64,000 nucleotides of DNA. It comes from Actinomycetota bacterium. GTDB lineage: Bacteria; Actinomycetota; Acidimicrobiia; IMCC26256; VFJJ01. The notes beneath the pieces are model-generated. The model made no database searches, was not told the origin of the DNA, and was given only the letters and a program-made list of their open reading frames with translations. The stretch spans positions 1,342 through 65,341 of the forward strand of contig VFJJ01000023.1 of NCBI GenBank assembly GCA_009886115.1, written 5' to 3'. Made by a program: the position numbers and the translations under genes. Numbering within the stretch: the stretch's first letter is position 1; each line of letters begins with the position of its first letter. This document shows positions 56,779 to 64,000 of this stretch, piece by piece.

Positions 56779-57996
56779 GTGGTCGAGGCGACGACGAGCG
56801 AGACGACGACGATGACGGCTGGCGTGACGGCTGCGGTGGACGCCCCGGGCCCGGGCCGGGCCCCCGTGAGCGACGTGTGGGACCGGGTCGTCGGCCAGCC
56901 GCGCGCCGTGGAGCTGCTGCGCCGGGTCGCCCGGCGGCCGAGCCACGCCTACCTTCTGGCCGGTCCACCCGGTTCGGGGCTCGACGAAGCGGCTCGCTGT
57001 CTCGCCGCTGCGCTGCTGTGCCCCGACGGTGGCTGCGGTCGCTGCAGCGTCTGCACCCGCACCCTGCGGGGCCGCCATCCCGACAGCATCGAGATCGAGC
57101 CCGAGGGAACGTCGATCCTCAAGGAGCAGGCCGCCGAGATCGTCGAGGCGGCCGTCCGGTCGCCCTACGAGGCCACCCGCAAGGTGATCGTGATCTTCGA
57201 GGCCGATCGCATGAACGAGACGGCCGAGAACAAGCTCCTCAAGACGTTCGAAGAGCCGCCGGCGACGACCCACTTCGTGCTCGTCACCTCGGCCCCCGAC
57301 GACCTGCTGCCGACGGTGATCTCCCGGTGTCAGCGCATCGACCTCGGAGCGCTGACCGACGACGTGATCGCCGGAAGCCTCGAACGCGAAGGCGTACCGG
57401 GGGAACGGGCCCGGGCCGTCGCCCGTCTGGCGGGAGGACGACTCGACCGGGCTCGACGGCTCGCCGGCGTCAAGGCCGACCCCGACGGTCGGCCGATCCC
57501 CGACCTGCGACGGCTCCGGGCGGTGTTCGTCGACGTGGCCCGCCGCCTCGACGGCACCGGCGGCGCAGCCGCGCTCGGAGCCGCCGGCCTCACGACGGTC
57601 GTGCAGGAAGCGTTCGCCGAGACCGTGGAGGCCCACAAACGCGAGCGCGACCTCGCGGCGAGCGAGATGGCCGAGCACCACTACGACCCGGTCGCCGTGG
57701 CTGGCGCTTCGAAGCGGCTCAAGCAACGCCACGATCGGCTCGAGAAGCGAGCCCGCAACGACGCCTTGATGGAGGGTCTCACGGCGCTCGAGACGGTCTA
57801 TCGCGATGCGTTGATGGGACGGCTCGGCGCCGCCGATCCCCTCGACGACGAGCGCCCGCCGCTGCTGCTCAACCCCTCGGCTGCGTTGCATGCCCTCGAC
57901 GAGTGCGCCCGGGCCCGGGCCGTCCTCGTCGAGCACAGCGCCGTCAACGAGGGCCTCCTCCTCGAGCACCTCCTGCTGCGGCTCGCGCGCCCCTGA
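56779..57996 (+). CDS. holB: DNA polymerase III subunit delta'
   Basis: HAYLLAGPPGSG, zinc module CPDGGCGRCSVC, and ENKLLKTFEEPP. Confidence 0.88.
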   Translation: MVEATTSETTTMTAGVTAAVDAPGPGRAPVSDVWDRVVGQPRAVELLRRVARRPSHAYLLAGPPGSGLDEAARCLAAALLCPDGGCGRCSVCTRTLRGRHPDSIEIEPEGTSILKEQAAEIVEAAVRSPYEATRKVIVIFEADRMNETAENKLLKTFEEPPATTHFVLVTSAPDDLLPTVISRCQRIDLGALTDDVIAGSLEREGVPGERARAVARLAGGRLDRARRLAGVKADPDGRPIPDLRRLRAVFVDVARRLDGTGGAAALGAAGLTTVVQEAFAETVEAHKRERDLAASEMAEHHYDPVAVAGASKRLKQRHDRLEKRARNDALMEGLTALETVYRDALMGRLGAADPLDDERPPLLLNPSAALHALDECARARAVLVEHSAVNEGLLLEHLLLRLARP

Positions 57997-58028
57997 CGTG
58001 GTCGAATCGAGCGCCGCCCGGTTCGGCC

Positions 58029-59078
58029 TCACCGGACGGGGAAGCGCCCGTCGACGATCTCGGCCAGGAGGCGGCGGTACTCGATCGAGGTCCGGTCGAT
58101 CTTCAGGTGCACGTTGGCTTCGACACCGAGATGGAAGTCGGGCCAGGTCGTCTCGAGCACGCTGCGGTCTTCCTCCCAGACCCGCCCGTCGAACTCCCTG
58201 ATTGCGGCGGACGACACGTCATCCTCGGTGTCGGTGCGCAACACGACCTGGAGCTGGTGGGTGGTGTCGTCGTCGACGGGCGTACAGGCCTTGAGGATGC
58301 GGTGGCGCACGCCGTTCGGGTAGTCGATCCCGACCACGACGAAGAAGGGACCGTGAACCAGCGTCGTCGTGGTCCGCACGGTCGAGCCGACGCCGCCCGG
58401 CGCGTCGGCCACCGGCACCTCGTAGCTCGACGCCAACCCGGTCGGGGTTCGCCTGACCTCGGCGACGGGCACCTCGGGGTGGCCCGAGACGCCGAAGCTG
58501 GCCCGGTGGACGATCGGGATGTGGGCGGGGTCGAGGTTGTTGTCCACCAGATGCGGCGCCGAGCACCTCCACCACGACTCGGGCTCGTGCACGGCCCGCC
58601 AGCCCTCAGCACCGAACTCGGGCACCTCGGGGATGGACGCGACGGGCTCGTCGAGCGCCACCCAGGCCCAGCCGTACCGCTCGGCGCAGCCGTAGATCTC
58701 CAGACGGGCCTTGGGCGGGATGGGTCGCCCCGCGCCGAGCTGCGGGATGTGCACCGCCCGACCATCGTCGCCGAAGGCCCAGTGGTGATAGGCGCACACC
58801 AGCCGGCACTCCTCGACGGCGCCGGCCGAGAGCCGGGCGTCACGGTGCGGGCACCGGTCGTACGCCGCAGCCACACGACCGGGGGTCGACGACCACACCA
58901 CCAGATCGACGCCGAGCAGCCGCCGGGCGACGGGACCGTCGACGAGCGCATCGATCCGAGCCACCGGATACCAGAAGCGGCGCAAGGCAGGAGCCCGGGT
59001 GACGAGGAGCCCCGTCGATCGAGATCGTGTCGACGGTGAGGCTCCGAACGGCTCGGGTGGTGTCGACGTGGCCATCAC
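58029..59078 (-). CDS. Rieske [2Fe-2S] domain oxygenase, alpha-subunit-like
   Basis: CPHRDARLS...CAYHHWAF Rieske motif and a C-terminal catalytic domain with NLDPAHIPIVH. Confidence 0.8.
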   Translation of the reverse strand: MMATSTPPEPFGASPSTRSRSTGLLVTRAPALRRFWYPVARIDALVDGPVARRLLGVDLVVWSSTPGRVAAAYDRCPHRDARLSAGAVEECRLVCAYHHWAFGDDGRAVHIPQLGAGRPIPPKARLEIYGCAERYGWAWVALDEPVASIPEVPEFGAEGWRAVHEPESWWRCSAPHLVDNNLDPAHIPIVHRASFGVSGHPEVPVAEVRRTPTGLASSYEVPVADAPGGVGSTVRTTTTLVHGPFFVVVGIDYPNGVRHRILKACTPVDDDTTHQLQVVLRTDTEDDVSSAAIREFDGRVWEEDRSVLETTWPDFHLGVEANVHLKIDRTSIEYRRLLAEIVDGRFPVR

Positions 59079-59160
59079 GCCGATGGTCCCACATCGCCGG
59101 CCCGCGGGGGCGACCGAGGTGTCCGGCGAGGGCGGCCCGATGGGCGGCGCCGGTCGGATT

Positions 59161-59208
59161 CAGTCTCCAGCTCAGTCTCCAGCTCAGTCTCCAGCTCAGT
59201 CTCCAGCG
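59161..59208. repeat. 12-bp tandem repeat x4 (CAGTCTCCAGCT) spanning the stop codon of the nucleosidase-like gene
   Basis: Read directly. On the minus strand each unit reads GCTGGAGACTGA (A-G-D-stop). Confidence 0.92.
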
Positions 59209-59954
59209 AGGGATCGGCAGAAGGCGACGGTCGCTGTGGCTGCGGCCTCGGTGGCCAGAGCAGCATCGGAGGCCAAACGGGCCAGGCGCTCACCGCGGCT
59301 CGGATCGCGTTCGAGATAGCGGGCGATGGCTGCCCGGTCGGAGGTTCCGTCGGGACGGGTCATGGCCAGCACCGCCCCGTCGACCAGCCCGCCCGCTGCA
59401 TGATCGCTGATCGCCCGGAAGACCGTCCACGGCCGACCAGCACCTTCACATACCGAGGCGATGGCAGCCGTCTCCATGTCGACGGCCACGATCCCCTGTG
59501 CTGCCATGGCTCCGAGGACCGCAGGATCGGTGATGAACTCGTCACCGCAGCTGATCGACCCCTGCGGAGACAAGGCGGCGTGAGCCGTCGGCCAGAATCG
59601 GCGACCGTTCTCACGGTCGAGCACGGTCTCGGGCACGATCAGATCGCCGATCTCGACCCCGGAGCCCACGCCGCCGGCGATCCCGCACACGACGATCCAT
59701 TCGGCCCCGGCTGCCAACGCGTCGCGAGCCGCCACCCGCGCGGGGCGCATCCCGATGTCGGTGAGGACCGCTTCGACCACGAAATCGGCGATCTGACCGA
59801 GATACGTTCGCGCCGTGTCGTCGACGGCTTCGAGGCCGAGCATTCGCACGATCGGCTCCAGCTCGATGCGCATGGGTGCGAGCACCGTCAACCGTCGAGG
59901 TCGCTCGGTGAGCGGGTCGCCGGGCGATGCAGGTTCAGGTCGTTCGCTCACCAT
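59196..59954 (-). CDS. PNP_UDP_1 (MTA/SAH nucleosidase-like) family protein
   Basis: VCGIAGGVG...AVDMETAAIA motifs. ATG at 59954. Confidence 0.65.
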   Translation of the reverse strand: MVSERPEPASPGDPLTERPRRLTVLAPMRIELEPIVRMLGLEAVDDTARTYLGQIADFVVEAVLTDIGMRPARVAARDALAAGAEWIVVCGIAGGVGSGVEIGDLIVPETVLDRENGRRFWPTAHAALSPQGSISCGDEFITDPAVLGAMAAQGIVAVDMETAAIASVCEGAGRPWTVFRAISDHAAGGLVDGAVLAMTRPDGTSDRAAIARYLERDPSRGERLARLASDAALATEAAATATVAFCRSLAGD

Positions 59955-59961
59955 CCACCTC

Positions 59962-60945
59962 TCAGCTCGTGACGTGCAGCACGGTCTTGCCGATGGCCTC
60001 GCCGCGGGCGAGGCGTTCGAGCGCCGCCGGGAGCTCGTCGAAGGGCACGACCCGGGTGACGAAGCCGCCGAGGTCGCCGCGGTCGACCAGGGACATGAGC
60101 GCCCGTTGGTCGGCCTGGTTCTCGTCGAGCGTGTAGCCACCGGCGTACACGCCCACGAGCGAGTAGCTCCCTCGTACGGCGTGCGAGGCGCTCACCTCGA
60201 CCCAGCGTCCGCTGGCGAAGCCGACGGCCAGGAAGCGGCCATCGCGGGCAACGACGCGCAAGGCCTCCCGGGCTGCATCGCCGCCGACGGGGTCGTACAC
60301 GACATCGGCGCCCCGGCCTCGGGTGACAGCGCGAACGGTGTCGGCGACCTGATCGACCAATCGGTCGACCACGACGTCGGCGCCGAGCGCGCTGCAGTAC
60401 TCACGCTTATCGGCGCCGGCCACCACGGCGATCACCCGAGCGCCCAGCGCCCGTCCGAGGAGGACGGCCGCAGCGCCCGATCCGCCGGCAGCGCCAAGGA
60501 CGAGCAGCGTCTCACCCGCCTGGAGGCCACCCCGGCGGACGAGGCCGATCCAGGCCGTCGAGTAGCCGATGCGGAACGCGGCGGCGTCCGCGTCGCTCAT
60601 CGCGTCGCCCACGGGAAACAGCGTGGCCGCGCGGCCCAGGGTCATCTCGGCGAATCCGCCGTGGCCGTCGACGAAGCTCGTGACCCCCATGACCCGAGTG
60701 CCGACGGCGAGTTCGACCCCATCGCCGACCGCGTCGACGGTTCCGCACATCTCCTGGCCGGGAACGAACGGCAGGGCCGGCGTGAGCGGATAGCTCGATC
60801 GGCACATGAACACGTCGGGCAGGCCCAACGCCGCGGCGTGCACCCGCACCCTGACCTCGCCCGGGCCGGGCACGGGGAGATCGATGTCGACCATGTGCAA
60901 CACGGCCGCGGGCTCGCCCGCTCCGGACACCTGCCAGGCTCGCAT
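59962..60945 (-). CDS. zinc-type/MDR NADPH:quinone oxidoreductase
   Basis: GEVRVRVHAAALGLPD and the LVLGAAGGSGAAAV Rossmann motif. ATG at 60945. Confidence 0.85.
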   Translation of the reverse strand: MRAWQVSGAGEPAAVLHMVDIDLPVPGPGEVRVRVHAAALGLPDVFMCRSSYPLTPALPFVPGQEMCGTVDAVGDGVELAVGTRVMGVTSFVDGHGGFAEMTLGRAATLFPVGDAMSDADAAAFRIGYSTAWIGLVRRGGLQAGETLLVLGAAGGSGAAAVLLGRALGARVIAVVAGADKREYCSALGADVVVDRLVDQVADTVRAVTRGRGADVVYDPVGGDAAREALRVVARDGRFLAVGFASGRWVEVSASHAVRGSYSLVGVYAGGYTLDENQADQRALMSLVDRGDLGGFVTRVVPFDELPAALERLARGEAIGKTVLHVTS

Positions 60946-61147
60946 ACCGACCCTCTCGTGTCGTGGCGGATCGTTCGACACTGCTCGCCAGCGTTCGACG
61001 ACGGCGACGCGACGGCAGCCTCGCGCACGGCGGACCGCCCGTGACGGCCGAGCGTGGCCCGCAGCGGACGGCCGGGTGCCGAGCGGGCACGGTGGGCACG
61101 GCGGGCGGGCCGAGCGCGTCGGGCTCAGGGTGCGTATCCTCCGCGCC

Positions 61148-62035
61148 ATGTCACGACTCGGGATCATCGGGGTCGGTCAGATGGGCGCCCAGATCTGGCG
61201 ACGACTCGACGAGCGCGACCGCGGGGCGATCGTCTTCGATGCCAACAGCGGAGCCCTCGCCGCGCTCGCAGCCGAAGGCGCACTCACCGCGACCGGTCCC
61301 ACCGACCTGGCCGCTCGCTGCGACGTGATCCTCCTGTCGCTGCCGACGTCACACGACGTCGAGCAGGTCTGTCTCGGAGCGGGCGGCATCGCACCCGGCG
61401 CGGCGCCGGGCACGCTGGTCGTCGACCTCACCAGCGGTGTCCCGTCGAGCAGCCGTCGGATCGGCGCCGCGCTCGGCGATCATGGTGTGCACTATCTCGA
61501 CTGTGGCGTCAGCGGAGGGGTCGCCGGGGCCCGAGCCGGAACCCTCAAGGCCATGGTGGGGGCCGAGATCGCCGACTTCCGCGCTGTTGCGCCCGTCCTC
61601 GAGCTCGTCGCCGCGCAGATCTGGCACTGCGGCCCGGTGGGATCGGGGCACCTGGTCAAGACACTGCTCAACCAGTCGAACCAGGCCAAGCTCATGGTCG
61701 AGCTCGAGGCCCTCCTCGTGGCGGCCAAGGCCGGACTCGACCCGCAGCTCGTCGGTGAGGTGCTCGGCACCCGGGTCTGGAACCGTTGGTTGTTCGATTC
61801 CGACGAGCGCGCTCCGGTCGGCTTCTCGCTCGCCTTGGCCTGTAAGGACTTCGACATCGCGCTTCGGGTGGCCGCCGAGGAGCAGGTGGGCGTTCCCCTG
61901 GCCGCAGTGGCCCAACAGGTGCTGCGCCTGGCTGCAGGTGCGGCCGGTCCTCACGCCGATCTGATCGACGCGGTTGCGGTCTGGGAGCGCATCGCCGGCG
62001 CCGAGATCACTGCGCCTCATGGAGACACCGCATGA
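61148..62035 (+). CDS. NAD(P)-dependent beta-hydroxyacid (3-hydroxyisobutyrate-type) dehydrogenase
   Basis: LGIIGVGQMG dinucleotide fold, SGGVAGARAGTL, and GSGHLVKTLLNQ. Confidence 0.85.
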   Translation: MSRLGIIGVGQMGAQIWRRLDERDRGAIVFDANSGALAALAAEGALTATGPTDLAARCDVILLSLPTSHDVEQVCLGAGGIAPGAAPGTLVVDLTSGVPSSSRRIGAALGDHGVHYLDCGVSGGVAGARAGTLKAMVGAEIADFRAVAPVLELVAAQIWHCGPVGSGHLVKTLLNQSNQAKLMVELEALLVAAKAGLDPQLVGEVLGTRVWNRWLFDSDERAPVGFSLALACKDFDIALRVAAEEQVGVPLAAVAQQVLRLAAGAAGPHADLIDAVAVWERIAGAEITAPHGDTA

Positions 62036-62059
62036 AGCTGTCGCCTCGGGCGACCCCTG

Positions 62060-63052
62060 ATGGCCCCGAGCACCCGACCCAAGGAGCCCGCCGTGCCGTA
62101 CCCGCAAGCCGTCCTCGACGTCGCTGAGAAGGTCCGCAACTGGGGCCGTTGGGGCGACGACGATCAGATCGGAACGATCAACTACATCACCGACGCCGTC
62201 ATGGCCCGGGCGGTGAGCAGTGTGCGCACCGGGCGCCGGTTCTCACTGGCCTTCCCACTCAGGCTCGACGGCCTGCAGACCGGAGCCATCCCGGGGCGGG
62301 TCAATCCCTTGCGCACCATGGTGTCGATCAACGCCTGCTTCACCGGTGACCCGACCACGTTCTGTACGAGCGACGACATCGTCGTCATGGGGCTCCAAGC
62401 CGCGACCCACTGGGACGGGTTGGGCCACGCCAGCTACGGAGGCCAGATCTACGGTGGCCGTCCGGCATCGCTGATCGACGCCCACGGTGCCGCCGAGTGC
62501 GGCATCGAGCAGATCCGCAGCCTCACCGGACGTGGCGTACTGCTCGACCTGGCCCGCGTCGCCGGGCTCGACGAGCTCGAACCCGGCTACGCGATCCAGG
62601 CGGCTGATCTCGATCGTGCCGCGGCGCACCACGGTGTCGAGATCCGTTCCGGTGACATCGTGCTCGTCCGTACGGGCAAGATGGCTCGGGCCAAGGTCGG
62701 CGATCTCGCCGGTTACATGGGTCCCATCGACCCGGCCAACCACTTGCCGCTCGCCCCCGGGATCGGGCTCACGAGCGCTCTGTGGTTCCACGAGCACGAG
62801 ATCGCCGCCGTCGCCACCGACACGATCACGTTCGAGGTCTTCCCGTGGGACCCGGCGATTCCCGGGGCGTTGATGCCGATGCACTGCATCCACCTGGTCG
62901 ACATGGGTCTGACCCAGGGTCAGAACTTCGACCTCGAGGAGCTCGCGGCCGATTGCGCAGTCGACGGCCAATACGACTTCCTGCTCGAAGCCTCGCCGCA
63001 GCCGTTCGTCGGCGCCGTCGGATCGCCTGTCAACCCCGTGGCGATCAAGTAG
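62060..63052 (+). CDS. cyclase-family (kynurenine-formamidase-like) protein
   Basis: WGRWGDDDQIGTINYIT and the HWDGLGHASY motif. Confidence 0.75.
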   Translation: MAPSTRPKEPAVPYPQAVLDVAEKVRNWGRWGDDDQIGTINYITDAVMARAVSSVRTGRRFSLAFPLRLDGLQTGAIPGRVNPLRTMVSINACFTGDPTTFCTSDDIVVMGLQAATHWDGLGHASYGGQIYGGRPASLIDAHGAAECGIEQIRSLTGRGVLLDLARVAGLDELEPGYAIQAADLDRAAAHHGVEIRSGDIVLVRTGKMARAKVGDLAGYMGPIDPANHLPLAPGIGLTSALWFHEHEIAAVATDTITFEVFPWDPAIPGALMPMHCIHLVDMGLTQGQNFDLEELAADCAVDGQYDFLLEASPQPFVGAVGSPVNPVAIK

Positions 63053-63136
63053 CACGTAGTGGTGTATGGCACCATGCTGAGCATGGACGGCAGGTACGAG
63101 GATCCGCAGTGACAACGGCCGAGGAGGCAGGACGCG

Positions 63137-63928
63137 ATGACAGGTCTTCGAGCGCACTGGAGTACCGGCGAGACGACGCTCGGGGCCTGGCTCAGCGTGG
63201 CGTCGCCGATCACCGCCGAGGCTGCGGCGCGGCTCGGGGTCGACTACGTGTGCATCGACACCCAGCACGGCGGCATCGACTACCCGGCCACGCTCGGGAT
63301 GATCCAGGCGGTGGCGCTGGCCGGTTCGAGCCCGATCGTGCGGGTGCCGTGGAACGAGCCCGGCATCATCGGCAAGATGCTCGACGCGGGCGCCGAGGGC
63401 ATCATCGTCCCGATGGTGAACTCGGCTGACGAGGCGCTCGCCGTCGTGCGGGCGTGTCGCTACGCCCCCGAGGGTGCCCGCAGCTTCGGGCCGCTCATGG
63501 CCAGCCTCCGGGCCGGCGCCGACACGACGGCGGCCAACCGACGGATCGCGATCGTGCCCATGATCGAGACCGTCCAAGCCATTGCCAACCTCGACGAGAT
63601 CCTCTCCGTGCCCGGCATCGATGCGGTCTACGTGGGCCCGGCCGACCTCTCGCTGACGCTCGGGCTCGAGCCGAGGAACAACGACGAGCATCCCCGGTTC
63701 ACCGAAGCCCTCGAGACGATCGTCGACGGATGCCGGCGTCATGCGATCGTCCCCGGGATCCACTCCAACGGCGCCTTGGCCGCACGCCGGCTGGCTCAGG
63801 GCTTTCGGATGATCACCGTCACGACCGACCTCATGGCCATGACCACCCGGATGGTCGAGGAGCTGGGCCAGGCCCGGGGGGCGACGTCGGCCACCCCGGC
63901 GACGCCAGACACGAACGCGGTGTACTGA
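63137..63928 (+). CDS. HpcH/HpaI-family aldolase
   Basis: GAWLSVASPITAEAAARLGVDYVCIDTQHG...VRVPWNEP...PMIET, typical of the family. Confidence 0.85.
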   Translation: MTGLRAHWSTGETTLGAWLSVASPITAEAAARLGVDYVCIDTQHGGIDYPATLGMIQAVALAGSSPIVRVPWNEPGIIGKMLDAGAEGIIVPMVNSADEALAVVRACRYAPEGARSFGPLMASLRAGADTTAANRRIAIVPMIETVQAIANLDEILSVPGIDAVYVGPADLSLTLGLEPRNNDEHPRFTEALETIVDGCRRHAIVPGIHSNGALAARRLAQGFRMITVTTDLMAMTTRMVEELGQARGATSATPATPDTNAVY

Positions 63929-63983
63929 GCGCGGTGCACTGAGCGCGGTGCACCGAGCGCGGTCTCTCGAGCGCCGTCTCTGG
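63914..63983. repeat. 14-bp tandem repeat, about 5 units (AGCGCGGTGCACTG), starting on the aldolase stop codon
   Basis: aacgcggtgtactg agcgcggtgcactg agcgcggtgcaccg agcgcggtctctcg agcgccgtctctgg, read directly. Confidence 0.88.
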
Positions 63984-64000
63984 AGCGCAGGAGCGCACGG

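Overview
High-GC (roughly 70%) actinobacterial chromosomal segment. It is almost fully coding: about 60 protein genes and one tRNA. I saw no rRNA, CRISPR, transposase or integrase. Because of the GC content, most long ORFs in the six-frame track are antisense or out-of-frame shadows. I kept only frames with a recognisable protein family, high third-position GC and a sensible start; GTG starts and 4-nt ATGA/GTGA stop-start overlaps are common.

Gene order:
- 1-11.2 kb: partial amidohydrolase, receiver protein, two ArsA/Get3-like ATPases, NfeD-like membrane protein, WhiB, selB-selA (selenocysteine machinery), NUDIX hydrolase, MBL hydrolase, vapBC.
- 11.2-16.5 kb: Ser/Thr kinase, TetR plus two tandem ferritin-like diiron paralogs, and a PIN toxin gene whose two halves lie on opposite strands.
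- 16.5-24.8 kb: Mrp / ArsR-like regulator / IscA-like Fe-S cluster genes, D-aminoacylase, Tat lipoprotein, fused 2Fe-2S/Mo-hydroxylase-like protein, RidA, stand-alone cNMP-binding domain.
- 24.8-35.4 kb: nitrogen block glnR-glnA2 / glnA1 / vapBC / Pro-rich protein / glnE / nadE.
- 35.4-40.7 kb: EamA transporter, group-2-like sigma factor, DUF1023-type alpha/beta hydrolase, tRNA-Sec (selC, invisible in the ORF track), SnoaL-like protein.
- 40.8-49 kb: actinobacterial Tad-like pilus locus (tadZ-tadA-tadB-tadC-flp-tadE-tadE-like) convergent with a DECH-box helicase.
- 49-64 kb: LCP protein, lipoprotein, DedA, topA, MFS transporter, tmk, holB, and a small catabolic set (Rieske oxygenase, nucleosidase-like protein, quinone oxidoreductase, beta-hydroxyacid dehydrogenase, cyclase, HpcH aldolase).

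Most interesting observations:
- selC lies about 31.6 kb from selAB, and I found no visible selenoprotein client in the window.
- A single inversion would restore the split PIN gene in frame.
- The two diiron genes share near-identical cores, suggesting gene conversion.
- The Tad/helicase neighbourhood has an unusual tadE-like read-through into the helicase gene.
- Short tandem repeats (9-15 bp) are strikingly frequent. Several sit exactly on gene 3' ends and re-copy the stop codon; others are in frame in N-terminal tails or lie in front of the pilus genes.

I found no clear-cut novel multi-gene system; the candidates are flagged with modest scores.
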